Assembly: GCA_963760795.1 (NCBI GenBank)
Contig: CAVXEP010000029.1
Location: 64,001-128,000 of the forward strand
Length of the DNA: 64,000 bases
Source: an uncultured delta proteobacterium
GTDB lineage: Bacteria; Desulfobacterota; Binatia; UBA9968
Direction: 5' to 3'
The position numbers and the translations under genes are program-made. Below are positions 10,578 through 21,435 of the stretch, piece by piece. Numbering within the stretch: the stretch's first letter is position 1; each line of letters starts with the position of its first letter. A model generated the notes under the pieces. The model saw only the letters and a list, made by a program, of their open reading frames with translations. It was not told where the DNA came from and searched no databases.

Positions 10578-11609
10578 CTAAGGCTCTCCCATAACTTTTT
10601 TCATGCGCTCGACGATATCCGCCGGCTGATTGATCACCTCTTTCGCCAGCGCTTCCAACCGTTCGCCGCTCACCGGATTAATTTCCCACTGCCGCTTCTT
10701 TGCTTCGGCGACGAACTCAGAATCTTTAAGCATGTTCACATAAGCGTCGCGCAAGATTTTCACGCGTTCCGGTGGAATTCCCGGCGTTGCTAAGATCGGC
10801 CGCCCAAACGCGCCGGGACCCAGGACGACTCGCGCCAAGCGTTTTTTGGCATCCATGGCTTTTTCCTGGTCCATCAATTCCCAGATCGTCGGCGTTTCAG
10901 GCAAGCGATGGTTGCGCTTGTCGCCGGTTTGTACCAGAAAACGGACAAAGCCGTTCTTCGCCCAGGTCTTGCCCGGCTCGCGACCAAAAAAAGCGCTGAT
11001 CGTCGTGCCGCGGCAGTGTACTTCATTCTTTTCTACCGCAAGATCGACATCCGCCGCTCCTGGATAACCTGTAACCATGTTGATCTTCACGGCGAAAACT
11101 TCTTCCAACAATTTCGGAATGTAATATCCGGTGCTGCCGACTCCTGAGGCTCCGCAACGCGGCGCGTCGGCGGCCTTGCGTAAATCGAGCAGCGTTTTGT
11201 ACGGCTGATCCGAGCGCAGGAAAAACAGCTCGTCGTTTTCCTCCGGCGTGCCGATCCAAGTGAACTTCGCCCAATCGAACTGAACCTCTTTACGCCCTAA
11301 GAGCTGGGCGAAATAGATCGGCGCCGTCACCGCGCCAAGCGTCAGCCCGTCCGGTTTGGCAACGCCGTAGACGTAGTTCGCCGCGGTCAGCGAGCCGCCG
11401 CCCGGCATGTTCTGCACGATGATCTCGGGCTTTCCCGGAATTTGTTTCGGCAAAAAATTAGCCACGACGCGGGCGTAGAGATCGCTCGCCGCGCCAGCGG
11501 AGGCGCCGACGACAATCTTCATTTGCTTGCCCTTGAAGAAGTCGCTCTGCGCTTGGCCGCTCGAAGCGTGAATGAGAATGAAAAAAAGCAAAAACCACAA
11601 ATTCCGCAT
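10578..11609 (-). CDS. Tripartite tricarboxylate transporter substrate-binding protein (TctC/Bug family)
   Basis: IVQNMPGGGSLTAANYVY..AKPDGLTL, TGYPGAADVDLAVEKNEV, TPGIPPERVKILRDA. Confidence 0.9.
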   Translation of the reverse strand: MRNLWFLLFFILIHASSGQAQSDFFKGKQMKIVVGASAGAASDLYARVVANFLPKQIPGKPEIIVQNMPGGGSLTAANYVYGVAKPDGLTLGAVTAPIYFAQLLGRKEVQFDWAKFTWIGTPEENDELFFLRSDQPYKTLLDLRKAADAPRCGASGVGSTGYYIPKLLEEVFAVKINMVTGYPGAADVDLAVEKNEVHCRGTTISAFFGREPGKTWAKNGFVRFLVQTGDKRNHRLPETPTIWELMDQEKAMDAKKRLARVVLGPGAFGRPILATPGIPPERVKILRDAYVNMLKDSEFVAEAKKRQWEINPVSGERLEALAKEVINQPADIVERMKKVMGEP

Positions 11610-11614
11610 TTTCG

Positions 11615-12532
11615 CTATCTCCGCTTGCGCTTGGGCGCGTACTTCGCTTCAAACTTGCTCAACTCGGTCATACCCGTCGCATCCCACGGCAACTTCGCCC
11701 CGCCGGTAAACGGCGTGTCTGGATGCGCCGACACGAACTCATCCCAAGCGCGCATGTCGTCCTTTTTAAACTTCTGAAAGAATGACCAGGCGGACACTTT
11801 CAACACCTGGTCGGGTAAAAACGTGTACCACGCCGCGTTGAGCCCGAGCGCTTTATGCTCGTCTAACGTCAGCGCCCGCGGCAACTGCCCTTTCATCGCC
11901 GAAAACGGGCCCTTGACGATTTGCCGCGCGCGTTTGATCTCGGCGACCGAGTGGGGCGACTCGAACTGCACCCAGTCCGCACCACCGTCAGTTTCATAGA
12001 GCCGCAAGCGTTTGAGCAGCTCAGCCATGCCACCGTTGACCGCATTGCGCGCGTAGCACTGCGCCATGATGACGAAGTCGCGGTCGATCTCATTTTTGGC
12101 ATCGACGGCGACATGGTAGCGGGTCACCGCGTCTTCGCGCGAGATGACGGATATTCCCGCCGAACCCGTGCGCCGTTTCTGATCGAGCGGCTGGTCGTCC
12201 AGCCGCAAGCCCGCGAGGCCGGCTTCGATGCATTCCCGCGCCAGCCGCCGCACCGCCATGATCCCGCCATGGCCGGTATCGCCGTCGAGGATGACCGGAA
12301 TCTTCACGCTCCGCGCGATCCATTTGGCGAATTCCACGCATTCGGTCATCGACAGAATGCCGAGATCGGGCTGGCCGGTATAGTTGCCGCCGGTGATGCT
12401 GGTACCGACGAAGCAAGCTTCGACCCCGTTGGCCTCCATGATCTTCGCGTGAAACGCATTGGGCGCGCCGAGCACGGCGAGAACTTTATTCTTACGGCGC
12501 AGCAGCTGGGCCAGTTTGGTCGTTGGTTTCAT
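11615..12532 (-). CDS. Isocitrate lyase/PEP mutase superfamily protein
   Basis: PDLGILSMTE, IPVILDGDTGHG, GLRLDDQ..KR, GADWVQFE. Confidence 0.88.
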   Translation of the reverse strand: MKPTTKLAQLLRRKNKVLAVLGAPNAFHAKIMEANGVEACFVGTSITGGNYTGQPDLGILSMTECVEFAKWIARSVKIPVILDGDTGHGGIMAVRRLARECIEAGLAGLRLDDQPLDQKRRTGSAGISVISREDAVTRYHVAVDAKNEIDRDFVIMAQCYARNAVNGGMAELLKRLRLYETDGGADWVQFESPHSVAEIKRARQIVKGPFSAMKGQLPRALTLDEHKALGLNAAWYTFLPDQVLKVSAWSFFQKFKKDDMRAWDEFVSAHPDTPFTGGAKLPWDATGMTELSKFEAKYAPKRKRR

Positions 12533-13677
12533 GCCGCATACCGCCGGTAATATTTCACCGCATTGTCCCAAAACATTTTCCGCTTATCTTCTTCCTTGAG
12601 CTTCCAGCCAAGCACGGTTTCAACAGACACTGGAAACCAACTTTCCCCGTGCGGGTAATCTGAGCCGAACATGAGAATATCGGGGCCAAGCAGATCGATC
12701 ACACTTTGCGTAATCGCCGCGCCTTCGGAAACTTCGATGCTCTGAAAATAGCGCCCGCCGGTGACATAGCCGCGAATGGTTTCATTTAGCGGCGGCAGCG
12801 CTTCCGGACAGAGCTTGGTGTGTTCTTCCAAACGATTGACCCAGGCCGGCAACCAGCCATGTCCCGCTTCCAACGTGCCGACACGAATATTCGGATAGCG
12901 GTCCATAATCCCCGCGCCGATGATCGACGCCATGTTGCGTTGGCCGCACCAGGGGTGCGCCGCGGAGCGTTGCAGCCAGAGATTGTCCCAGGAATCGAGA
13001 CCGCCGGGCGCATAGGGCGGCATGACGGTGAAAGTGTGCAGTGCAATCGACAGATCGTGATCCGCCGCCGCTTGCCAGATCGGCTCCAAGTCCGGATGAT
13101 CGAGGGGAAACTGATAGGGCGCGTAGACAAACACGGCAAGCGGCCAGTTTTCCTGTGCGCAGCGGCGCAACTCCGCTAGCGATGCGGCGACATTGCGCGC
13201 GGCGATCGCGATCACGCCCTTGAGCCGGCTGGGAAACGCGGCACAATAGTCCGCCATCCAACGGTGATAAGCTTCATACACTGCGGTTTCCAGAAGGACA
13301 TCGTCAATCGTCGTCCAGCAACCGAACCAACCCGACGGTAGCATGAGATTCACATCGATGCCTTCGACATCCATGTCTTGAATGCGCATCGCAGGATCGC
13401 GCTCACAGAGAGGATTGGGTTTGCCATGCTGGTGGCGCTTGTAGCCGCTCATGTATTCGTTTTTTTGCGGCGCTGCGTCACTGGCTAAACCCAGCCGGCG
13501 CTTGTATGAGCGCTCGCCCATTAAATACGTCACCGCGCCATCTTTGTTCTTCGCCTTATGCTTTTCGTACTGCGCGAGCTTCGCGCGCGCTGCCGCAGTC
13601 AAATAGCGCTCCAAGAGGTCGGCGTCGGGCCTGACATGGGTATCGGCATCGAAGATCTTATATCCGTTGCGTGCCAT
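12529..13677 (-). CDS. Amidohydrolase_2 family protein (decarboxylase/hydratase-like)
   Basis: DADTHV, RIQDMDVEGID, LEAGHGW, MFGSDYPHGE, FWDNAVKYY. Confidence 0.9.
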   Translation of the reverse strand: MARNGYKIFDADTHVRPDADLLERYLTAAARAKLAQYEKHKAKNKDGAVTYLMGERSYKRRLGLASDAAPQKNEYMSGYKRHQHGKPNPLCERDPAMRIQDMDVEGIDVNLMLPSGWFGCWTTIDDVLLETAVYEAYHRWMADYCAAFPSRLKGVIAIAARNVAASLAELRRCAQENWPLAVFVYAPYQFPLDHPDLEPIWQAAADHDLSIALHTFTVMPPYAPGGLDSWDNLWLQRSAAHPWCGQRNMASIIGAGIMDRYPNIRVGTLEAGHGWLPAWVNRLEEHTKLCPEALPPLNETIRGYVTGGRYFQSIEVSEGAAITQSVIDLLGPDILMFGSDYPHGESWFPVSVETVLGWKLKEEDKRKMFWDNAVKYYRRYAA

Positions 13678-13827
13678 CGGTGACTCCTTGTTGGACGGCA
13701 ATAACTAACACAGCCCGAACCCTAGGCGCTAGTCGCAAAGTGCCGGTCTTTTCCACGAGTTTGAATTCTTGACTTCCACCTATGAACATGATTTTTTCTG
13801 AGGTTCTGAAATCGAACGGAGGATCCC

Positions 13828-15301
13828 ATGGCGAAAATGCTCATTGCCAGCGAGTTAGTGGACTCGGAAAGCAACGAAACCACCACGATCAAGAATCCGG
13901 CGACCGGTGAAGTCGTCGATAACGTTCCCAAAGGAACCATTAAAGACATCCGGCGTGCCATCGACGCCGCCAAAGGCGCGTTGAAGAAATGGTCGACCAT
14001 GGCGCCGTCCAAACGCGGTGCGATTTTGCTCGCCGCCGGCCATGCGATTCTGCAACGAGAAAAAGAGCTCGCCACCTTGCTGACCAAAGAACAAGGCAAG
14101 CCGATGCGCGAGTCGATCCTGGAAATCCGCCGCTTCGTCCACACCCTCGATCATTACGGCGGCATGGCAAAAACCATGCGCACCAGCGCGGTCATGCTCG
14201 ACACCGGCCGCCATGGCCTGGTCATGCGCAAACCCCTTGGGCGTTTGCGGTTCAATTGTCCCGTGGAATTTCCCGGTTTCCTTAATGGGCAACAAGCTCG
14301 GTCCAGCGCTGCTCGCCGGCAACTGCGTCGTCGTCAAACCGGCCGGCACCACGCCGCTCACCGATCTCGCCACCTGCGAGATCATCGACAAGGCGATCCA
14401 AGACGCCGGCGGTCCCAAAGGGGTTTTGAACTGCGTCACCGGTCCCGGCAGCGTGGTCGGGGAGGAATTGCTCGTCAATCCGACGGTAAGAAAGATCGGC
14501 TTCACCGGCGCCACCGACACCGGCCGCCGGGTCATGCAGTCGGCCGCGGCTGACTTCAAGCATGTCACGCTGGAACTGGGCGGCAGCGATCCGATGATCG
14601 TCTGCGACGACGCGGATATCGATCGCGCCGTCAGCGCCGCTTCGGTGGGCCGTTTCTTCAACTGCGGCCAGGCTTGCTTGGCGGTCAAGCGGCTTTACCT
14701 GTTCGACAGCATCGCCGACGATTTCATCGCCAAGCTCGCCGAGAAAGCGAAAAAGATCAGCATCGGCAACGGTCTCAAGGCCGGCATTTTGATGGGCCCG
14801 CTGCACACCAAAGAACAACGACAAGAAGTCGAAGAGCAGGTCGAAGACTCGGTCAAGCGCGGTGGCAAACTGGTCTTCGGCGGCAAACGTCCCACCGGCG
14901 ACGAGTTTGACAAAGGTTTTTACCTACAGCCGACCATCGTCGCTGACGTCGACCCAGCCTCGCGCATGATCCAGGAAGAAGTGTTCGGTCCGGCGCTGCC
15001 GATCGTGCGGGTAAAAACTCTTGACCAAGCCATCGAGCACGCCAACAGCTCGATCTTCGGTCTCGGTTCGTCGATTTGGACGCGCGACATCAACCGCGCC
15101 ATGTACGGCGCGGAGAACATCGAAGCCGGTTACACCTGGGTCAACTCGGCGCAGATCATCTATGACGAACTGCCCTTTGGCGGCGTCAAGCAGAGCGGTC
15201 TGGGCAAAGAGCATGGCGACGAAGCGATCGAGTACTACACCGATTCGAAATCAGTCGTCATCGCCACCGATGTCGGCGGCGAGATTATCGGCGGCGAATA
15301 G
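13828..15301 (+). CDS. Aldehyde dehydrogenase, frameshift near 14240
   Basis: NPATGE, EQGKP, PWNFP, FTGAT, LELGGSDP, GQAC, EEVFGP, PFGGVKQSG. Confidence 0.93.
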
Positions 15302-15324
15302 GCCGCTCGCGGCATTGCAGATTA

Positions 15325-15372
15325 CATATTCCAGATTCCAAATCTGGAATATGAAATTTGGAATCTGGAATT
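15325..15372. repeat. Short 7-mer tandem/inverted intergenic repeat
   Basis: ATATTCCAGATT-cca-AATCTGGAATAT hairpin plus TTTGGAA/TCTGGAA units. Confidence 0.5.
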
Positions 15373-15376
15373 GTCC

Positions 15377-16921
15377 ATGAACGTGGAACTGCCTGATATC
15401 TACAACGCCGCCACGACCTTCGTCGATGAAAACATCACGCAAGGCCGTGGCGGCAAAGTCGCGATCTACTACCAAGATCGAAAGATCACCTACCAAGAAG
15501 TTTTCGAAAACGTTAACCGCACCGGCAACGCGCTAAAGGAGCTCGGCATCGAGATCGAGAACCGCGTGCTGGTGATTTTGCCGGACTCGCCCGAGTTCGC
15601 CTACAGTTTCTTCGGCGCCATCAAGATCGGCGCCGTGGCGGTGCCGACCAATCCTTGGATGTTCGCCAAGGATTACGAATATTTAATCAACGATAGCCGC
15701 GCCCGCGCCATTATCGTTCATGAATCGACCTTGCCGGAGATCGAAAAGATCTGGGACAACACGCCTTTCTTGAAACATATCATCGTTGTCGGCACGCCCA
15801 AGGGCAAAGCGCTGTCCTATCAAACTTTAATCGCCAAAGCCTCGGATAAACTCGAAGCGGCGAAAACGTTGAAAGACGATGTCTGCTTCTGGGGCTACAC
15901 CTCCGGCAGCACCGGCAACCCAAAGGGTGCCGTTCATTTGCAGCATGACATGATCACGATCAGCGATCTGTTCGTCGCGCCGGTGCTGCAGATGAAGGAA
16001 ACCGACCTATGCTTCTCGGCGTCAAAGATGTTTTTTTCCTACGGCTTGGGTAACTCACTGTATTTCCCATTCCGTTTTGGCGCGTCAACAGTGCTTTGGC
16101 CCGACAAACCCGAACCCGAAAAAATTCTTCAAGTCATCGACAAGTACAAGCCGACTTTCTTTTTCTCCGTGCCGACGTTGTTCGCGCGCTTCCTGCGCAT
16201 CAATAAGAAATATGATCTGAGTTCACTGCGAATTTGCCTGTCTTCCGGAGAGCCGCTGCCGCCGGCGCTGTTTCATCAATGGAAAGAGCGCACTGGATTG
16301 GAGTTACTCGACGTCGTCGGCTCCACCGAGGCGACTCATGATTTTTTGGCCAATCAGCCTGGGCGAGCGAAGGCCGGCAGCAGCGGTGAAGTAACCCCGG
16401 CATTCGAAGCCAAAATCGTCGACGACGAAGGACGCGAGATGCCCATCGGTGAGATCGGCAACTTGATGGTCAAAGGCGACGCCACCGCGCCGTTCTACTG
16501 GAACAAGCATGAGCAGACCAAAAGAATGATGCAGGGCGAGTGGCTCAAGACCGGCGACACCTACTATCGCGACGCCGAGGGTTACTATTGGTACTGCGGC
16601 CGCTCCGACGACATGATGAAGGTCGGCGGTCTGTGGGTTTCGCCGATTGAAATTGAAAATACTCTGATGGAACACCCGGCGGTGCTGGAATCCGGTGTGG
16701 TCAGCGACCAAGATGCCGACGGTTTACTCAAGCCAAAAGCGTACATTCTGCTAAAGAACGAATATAAAGCCAGCGACGAACTCAAAGTCGAGTTACAGAA
16801 CCACGTCAAGAGCAAACTCCAGCCCTACAAATATCCCCGCTGGGTCGAGTTCGTCGACGACCTGCCGAAAACCGTGACAGGTAAGATTCAACGATTCCGC
16901 TTACGAGCTAACAAAAACTGA
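15377..16921 (+). CDS. Benzoate-CoA ligase family acyl-CoA synthetase
   Basis: YTSGSTGNPKGAVHLQHD, FFSYGLGNSL, GSTE, GRSDDMMKVGG, PKTVTGKIQR. Confidence 0.9.
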   Translation: MNVELPDIYNAATTFVDENITQGRGGKVAIYYQDRKITYQEVFENVNRTGNALKELGIEIENRVLVILPDSPEFAYSFFGAIKIGAVAVPTNPWMFAKDYEYLINDSRARAIIVHESTLPEIEKIWDNTPFLKHIIVVGTPKGKALSYQTLIAKASDKLEAAKTLKDDVCFWGYTSGSTGNPKGAVHLQHDMITISDLFVAPVLQMKETDLCFSASKMFFSYGLGNSLYFPFRFGASTVLWPDKPEPEKILQVIDKYKPTFFFSVPTLFARFLRINKKYDLSSLRICLSSGEPLPPALFHQWKERTGLELLDVVGSTEATHDFLANQPGRAKAGSSGEVTPAFEAKIVDDEGREMPIGEIGNLMVKGDATAPFYWNKHEQTKRMMQGEWLKTGDTYYRDAEGYYWYCGRSDDMMKVGGLWVSPIEIENTLMEHPAVLESGVVSDQDADGLLKPKAYILLKNEYKASDELKVELQNHVKSKLQPYKYPRWVEFVDDLPKTVTGKIQRFRLRANKN

Positions 16922-16982
16922 GAACTAGGTCTGCGATTCTGCTATCCTCAATCCTCGATCGATCTCTGCCAAGGAGTGAAAC

Positions 16983-17693
16983 ATGGCCGCCAACATCAAA
17001 GAGCTCAAAGAAAATCTCGCCTACTCGTGCAACATCCTCGCCAACGAAGGCCACTGGGATAACATTCTCGGCCATGTGTCGGTCAGAGTGCCGGGGCAAA
17101 ACAAGATTCTCATGAAGCCCCATAGCTTTGGCTTCGAAGAAATCCGTCCGCAGCATATCATCGTCGTCGACATCGCAACCGGCAAGAAGATCGATGGCAA
17201 ATACGAGCGCCACTCCGAAGTCTTTATTCACACCGAAATCATGAAGGCGCGCAAGGATGTCAATTGCGTGGTCCATTCCCATCCGCCCTACGCGACGGCA
17301 TTCGGCGCTCTCGGTCAAAAACTCCGGCCGATCAGCCACGAAGGTAATATTTTCTACGAAGGATTGCCGACCTTCGACTACACCACCGCCTTAATTCGGA
17401 CCCCGGAATTGGGCGTTGAAGTCGCCAAGAGTCTCGGCAACTGCCGCGGCCTGCTGATGAAAAACCACGGGTCGACAGTCGTCGGCCCGACGATTGAAGT
17501 GGCTACCCTCTACGCCGTCTTTCTGGAAAAAGCCGCGCGCATTCAACTGATGGCCACCGCTTCCGGCGATCCATCTTGGACTAGCGACGCCGAAGCAGCG
17601 GTCAAATACGAGCAGATCTACACGCCGCACCGGCTGGATTCCATGTGGGAATACTACGTGCGCCGGGCCAAGAAGTTCCGCAAGTCGAGCTAG
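16983..17693 (+). CDS. Class II aldolase/adducin family protein
   Basis: GHVSVR, IHTEIMKARKDVNCVVHSHPP, LMKNHG zinc ligands. Confidence 0.9.
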   Translation: MAANIKELKENLAYSCNILANEGHWDNILGHVSVRVPGQNKILMKPHSFGFEEIRPQHIIVVDIATGKKIDGKYERHSEVFIHTEIMKARKDVNCVVHSHPPYATAFGALGQKLRPISHEGNIFYEGLPTFDYTTALIRTPELGVEVAKSLGNCRGLLMKNHGSTVVGPTIEVATLYAVFLEKAARIQLMATASGDPSWTSDAEAAVKYEQIYTPHRLDSMWEYYVRRAKKFRKSS

Positions 17694-17752
17694 TGCGATT
17701 TCCTGAAATCGAAGAGATGATCTTTCACTTCGTTCAAGTGACACAAGCCTCT

Positions 17753-17779
17753 TGTCACTCTGAGCGCAGCGAAGGGTCT
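17753..17779. repeat. REP/MITE-like palindromic unit (GTCAYTCYGAG family)
   Basis: TGTCACTCTGAGCGCAGCGAAGGGTCT resembles the unit at ~62005-62033. Confidence 0.45.
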
Positions 17780-17805
17780 TGTCTGGGCGCTGCCACTCGC
17801 GTCTC

Positions 17806-18775
17806 TTACTTGCTGCCGGTCGCTTTGAAGAAGCCTTGCTTGTCCAACTCCGCGACGAAGCGCATGTCCATAAAATCGTCCGGCTTGGAATTCTTCGCCG
17901 CCGGCATCGCTGACCGCGACATCGGCGATGACATTTTCCATCGCTTTCCGCGTGACATAGGGCGGGTATTCCAAATACTCGCGGAACTGATTGTAGGCGT
18001 CGTCCAAAATGTCTTGCTCTTTTACCCGAAGATATTTCTGCATCATGCGCTGCGCCGCGGCCTTGTTAGCCTTAAATATCTGCACTCCTTCGGCATAGGA
18101 TCGGACCACCCGGCGCACCGTGTCTTCGTTGGCTTTGATATAGCTCCGGCTGGTGCCGACAGCCACCGAGACAAATTCCGGCCCCTCTTTGGCTAAGTTC
18201 ATGAGTTCGTTAAGCCCGGCCTTGCGCGCCCGGCTATTGGTCGGCGGCGAAACCACGCCGGCGTCGACTTGGCCGGCGATCAATGCGGTGAGAATGTTCG
18301 GCACCTCCACCAACGGCAGGATTTGATAGTCGTTCTGCTTCAAACCAGCGGTATTCAATGCAAACAAAGCCGAAGTATGGGTCGAAGAGCCGATCCGGGT
18401 GATGCCAATCTTCTTGCCGCGCAGATCGGTAATTCTCTTGATTTCCGGTTTGGCCATCAGCGAAAAGACCTGCCGATTGGTCGCACCGGCGACGAAGGCG
18501 ATATTGGCGCCTTTCAGGTTCGCTTGGACCTGGTTCGACCCATCCATGTAGGAAAAGGCGATCTCGCCGGCGAGGATCGCTTGGATGCCGCGCGAGCTCG
18601 AAGAGATATGCAGCAATTCGACATCCAAGCCATTTTTCTTGAATAGCCCTTCTTGCTGCGCCATGAACATGCCGCTTTGGGCACCGGTAACCGCCGTCCA
18701 GTTGATCCGCACCGGTATTTGCGCCCCGGCCAGAGTCGATAAGGTCAAACTCCACAGCACTACAACAATCTTCAA
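17806..18775 (-). CDS. NitT/TauT ABC substrate-binding protein (C-terminal frameshift near 17900)
   Basis: GLFKKNGLDVE, DLRGKKIG; alternate frame ends KPDDFMDMRFVAELDKQGFFKATGSK*. Confidence 0.82.
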
Positions 18776-18898
18776 AAACCCTAGTAGGCATCGCTTCTCC
18801 TTGTCCTTCTAAGACCGATAAAGTGCTATCAAGGTAGCAATTCACCCTGTTAATTCAACCATTTGGCATGACCGGTAAAGCATGTTAGATAACCGCCC

Positions 18899-19865
18899 AT
18901 GAGTAAGAAAGTTCATCTCACAATGGCCGTTGGCGATTATGAAAGTATCCGCGCGCTCAAAGAAGGTACGGTCAAAGCCGATGGCATCGAGCTAACCGTA
19001 ATCACCGATATGACCTCGAGCATTCGCCATTGGCGCATGCTGCGCAATCGCGAGTTCGATTGCGCCGAGCTCTCCATGTCGAATTATTTAATGGCCAAAT
19101 ACACCGGTCTGCCGTTCGTCGCCATTCCGGTCTTCCTGCACCGCCGCTTTCGTCACGGCTTCGTGTTCTTGAATGCGAGCAAAGGCATTACCAAACCCAG
19201 CGATTTGATTGGTCGCAAAGTCGGCCTGCGCAATTTTCAAGCGACGGCTAATCTATGGATTCGCGGAATTTTAGAACATGAATATGGCGTGCCCCATCGC
19301 AGCTTGAACTGGCTCAAACAAGACGACGAAGAGGTCGACTGGACGCCGCCGGCGGATTTGAAAATCGCAGCGCATCCCCGCTGGTAAGAGCATCGACAAG
19401 ATGCTGGTCGAGGGCGAGATCGACGCTTTGATCCATCCAGAGCTGATTCAGCCAATCCTCGACAAAGACCCGCGAGTCACTCGTCTGTTCCCCAACTATC
19501 GCGATTTAGAAACGGACTACTTTAAGCGCACCGGGATATTTCCAATCATGCATACCACGGCGATCAAGCAGGAGATCGTCGATAAATATCCCTGGGTGCC
19601 GCTTAATCTGTATCAAGCCTTGGAGGCATCGAAAAATGCCGCCTACAAGCGCATGGAAAACCCGCGCATCGTGCCGCTCGCTTGGTTTCGCTCATTTTTG
19701 GAAGAACAGGAAGAAATGCTTGGGCCCGATCCATGGATTTACGGCCTCGGCGATGTCAATCGCAAGGCGCTCGAAACGTTGATGCAGTATTCCCAGGAAC
19801 AGGGTTTAATCGGCCGTAAGTTGGATTTAGACGAACTGTTCATAACCACCGAGGCTCACTCCTAG
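18899..19865 (+). CDS. 4,5-dihydroxyphthalate decarboxylase-like protein (SBP fold), frameshift near 19370
   Basis: FDCAELSMS, AIPVFLHRRFRH, WIRGILEHEYGV, TGIFPIMH, DPWIYG. Confidence 0.8.
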
Positions 19866-19867
19866 TC

Positions 19868-19970
19868 ATGGAAACCGCGATTGTCGCTGGCGTAGGTCCG
19901 GGAACCGGGGCAGTACTTACGCGGGCCTTCGTCCGTGAAGGTTGTGCGGTCGCGCTGGCTTCGCGCCTTT
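19868..19970 (+). pseudogene. N-terminal remnant of a short-chain dehydrogenase
   Basis: METAIVAGVGPGTGAVLTRAFVREGCAVALASR Rossmann start, then similarity is lost. Confidence 0.6.
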
Positions 19971-20115
19971 GGCCATCGGCAAATCCGCTTCGCGCTTCAA
20001 ACCTTCGAGCCCCTGCTCATTTACGATTGAACTTACGCCGCTATTGGCGTAAATTTTCGCCACTTAACGATTGCGCCAGGATTCTTTCGATAACGAATCC
20101 GGCGGAGGAGGCGAC

Positions 20116-20478
20116 ATGTTTGGCAAAGGCGTTTTCCAAGCGGAAGAAAATCTTCTGCGCGAGATCATCCGCAGTGTCGACAAGAAAATCGATTACTCCG
20201 CCCGCGAGGGCGAAGGAAGCAAATTCACGCTGCACCTCAAACTCAAGAACCATGAAGGCGATGTCATGCTCGACCTCGAAGACTTGCAGACCGCCAAACA
20301 AGACCAGATTCGCCGCCACCAGATCCGCCAGAAAATAAAGGCGCGCTGCGATCACCTGGATCCCTCCCGCTATGGTGCTGACATTCTTGGCCTGCGATCG
20401 GCGCGAATATTGAAAACCTCGCCCAAGCTCGAACCGATGGCGCAGCGCGGTTTTAACCGCAGCGGACCACGACGCTAA
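20116..20478 (+). CDS. Hypothetical basic protein
   Basis: GGAGGAGG RBS before ATG; 120-aa ORF with typical codon usage. Confidence 0.7.
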   Translation: MFGKGVFQAEENLLREIIRSVDKKIDYSAREGEGSKFTLHLKLKNHEGDVMLDLEDLQTAKQDQIRRHQIRQKIKARCDHLDPSRYGADILGLRSARILKTSPKLEPMAQRGFNRSGPRR

Positions 20479-20536
20479 GCGGTTGTAACCTAGGTTACTT
20501 CATTCTCTTTTCGGGCGGTAAAACAGTCGAGGCGAT

Positions 20537-21399
20537 ATGGCAAAAGCGGAATTGATACGTCGTGCGTTGGCCACTCATGGCCAGTTAATCATGCCAGGGG
20601 TTTACGATGCTCTCAGCGCGAAAATTGCCGCCCGAGCCGGTTTCGAAGTCACTTTTATTACCGGTTACAGTTTATCGGCGACATTACTCGGCGAACCTGA
20701 CTTTGGTTTATTGACTCAAACCGAAGTCGTCAGCGCTGCCCAAAGGATCTGTTCGGTCATCGATATTCCTGTGATCGTCGACGCCGACACTGGTTACGGC
20801 AATGCGATCAATGTCATCCGTACCGTCCAGGATCTGATCCGTGCCGGCGCGGCGGAATGTTTTTAGAAGACCAAGTCTGGCCCAAACGCTGCGGCCACAT
20901 GCGCGGCAAACAAGTGATTCCCTTGGAGGAACAGCTCAACAAGCTGCGCGCCGCAGTCGAAGCAAGAGGCCAGAATGACTTTTTCATCGTCGCCCGCACC
21001 GACTCCCGCCAAGCGCTAGGCCTCGACGAAGCGATCAAGCGCGGTATCGCCTTTAACCACACCGGCGTCGACGCGGTATTCATCGAAGCACCGGAATCCA
21101 AAGAAGAAATGCGCGAGATCGCCAAACATGTCGAAGGCCATCTGGTGGCTAACATGTTGGAACGTGGCGTAACCCCGCTGATGGGGCCAGCGGAATTAAA
21201 GGAGCTCGGCTTTGACTTGGTCGTGTGGCCGTTGGCGCCGCTGTATTCAGTGGCGAAATCACTAACCGACGTCTATACGACTTTGCGCAAGGAAGGATCG
21301 ACGCTGTCGATTCTCGATCGACTTATGCCATTTGACGAGTTCAACGGCATTGTCGGCCTGAATGAAAAATACTTACTGGATGCGAAATTCAAAACTTAG
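20537..21399 (+). CDS. ICL/PEP mutase family (2-methylisocitrate lyase-like), frameshift near 20857
   Basis: PGVYDALSA, IVDADTGYG, LEDQVWPKRCGH, ARTD, ANMLE. Confidence 0.88.
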
Positions 21400-21435
21400 C
21401 CCAAGAAATTGGCACTAACAGCTTGGCTGATTTAC

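Noticed and set aside
13855-14824. Long antisense ORFs opposite ALDH (similar ones opposite lon, dnaK and pilB)
   Set aside because: Typical shadow ORFs of GC-rich coding sequence with no recognisable motifs.
19868-20338. 156-aa ORF as a full SDR
   Set aside because: Only the first ~33 aa resemble an SDR; the rest overlaps the better-supported ORF at 20116 in another frame.
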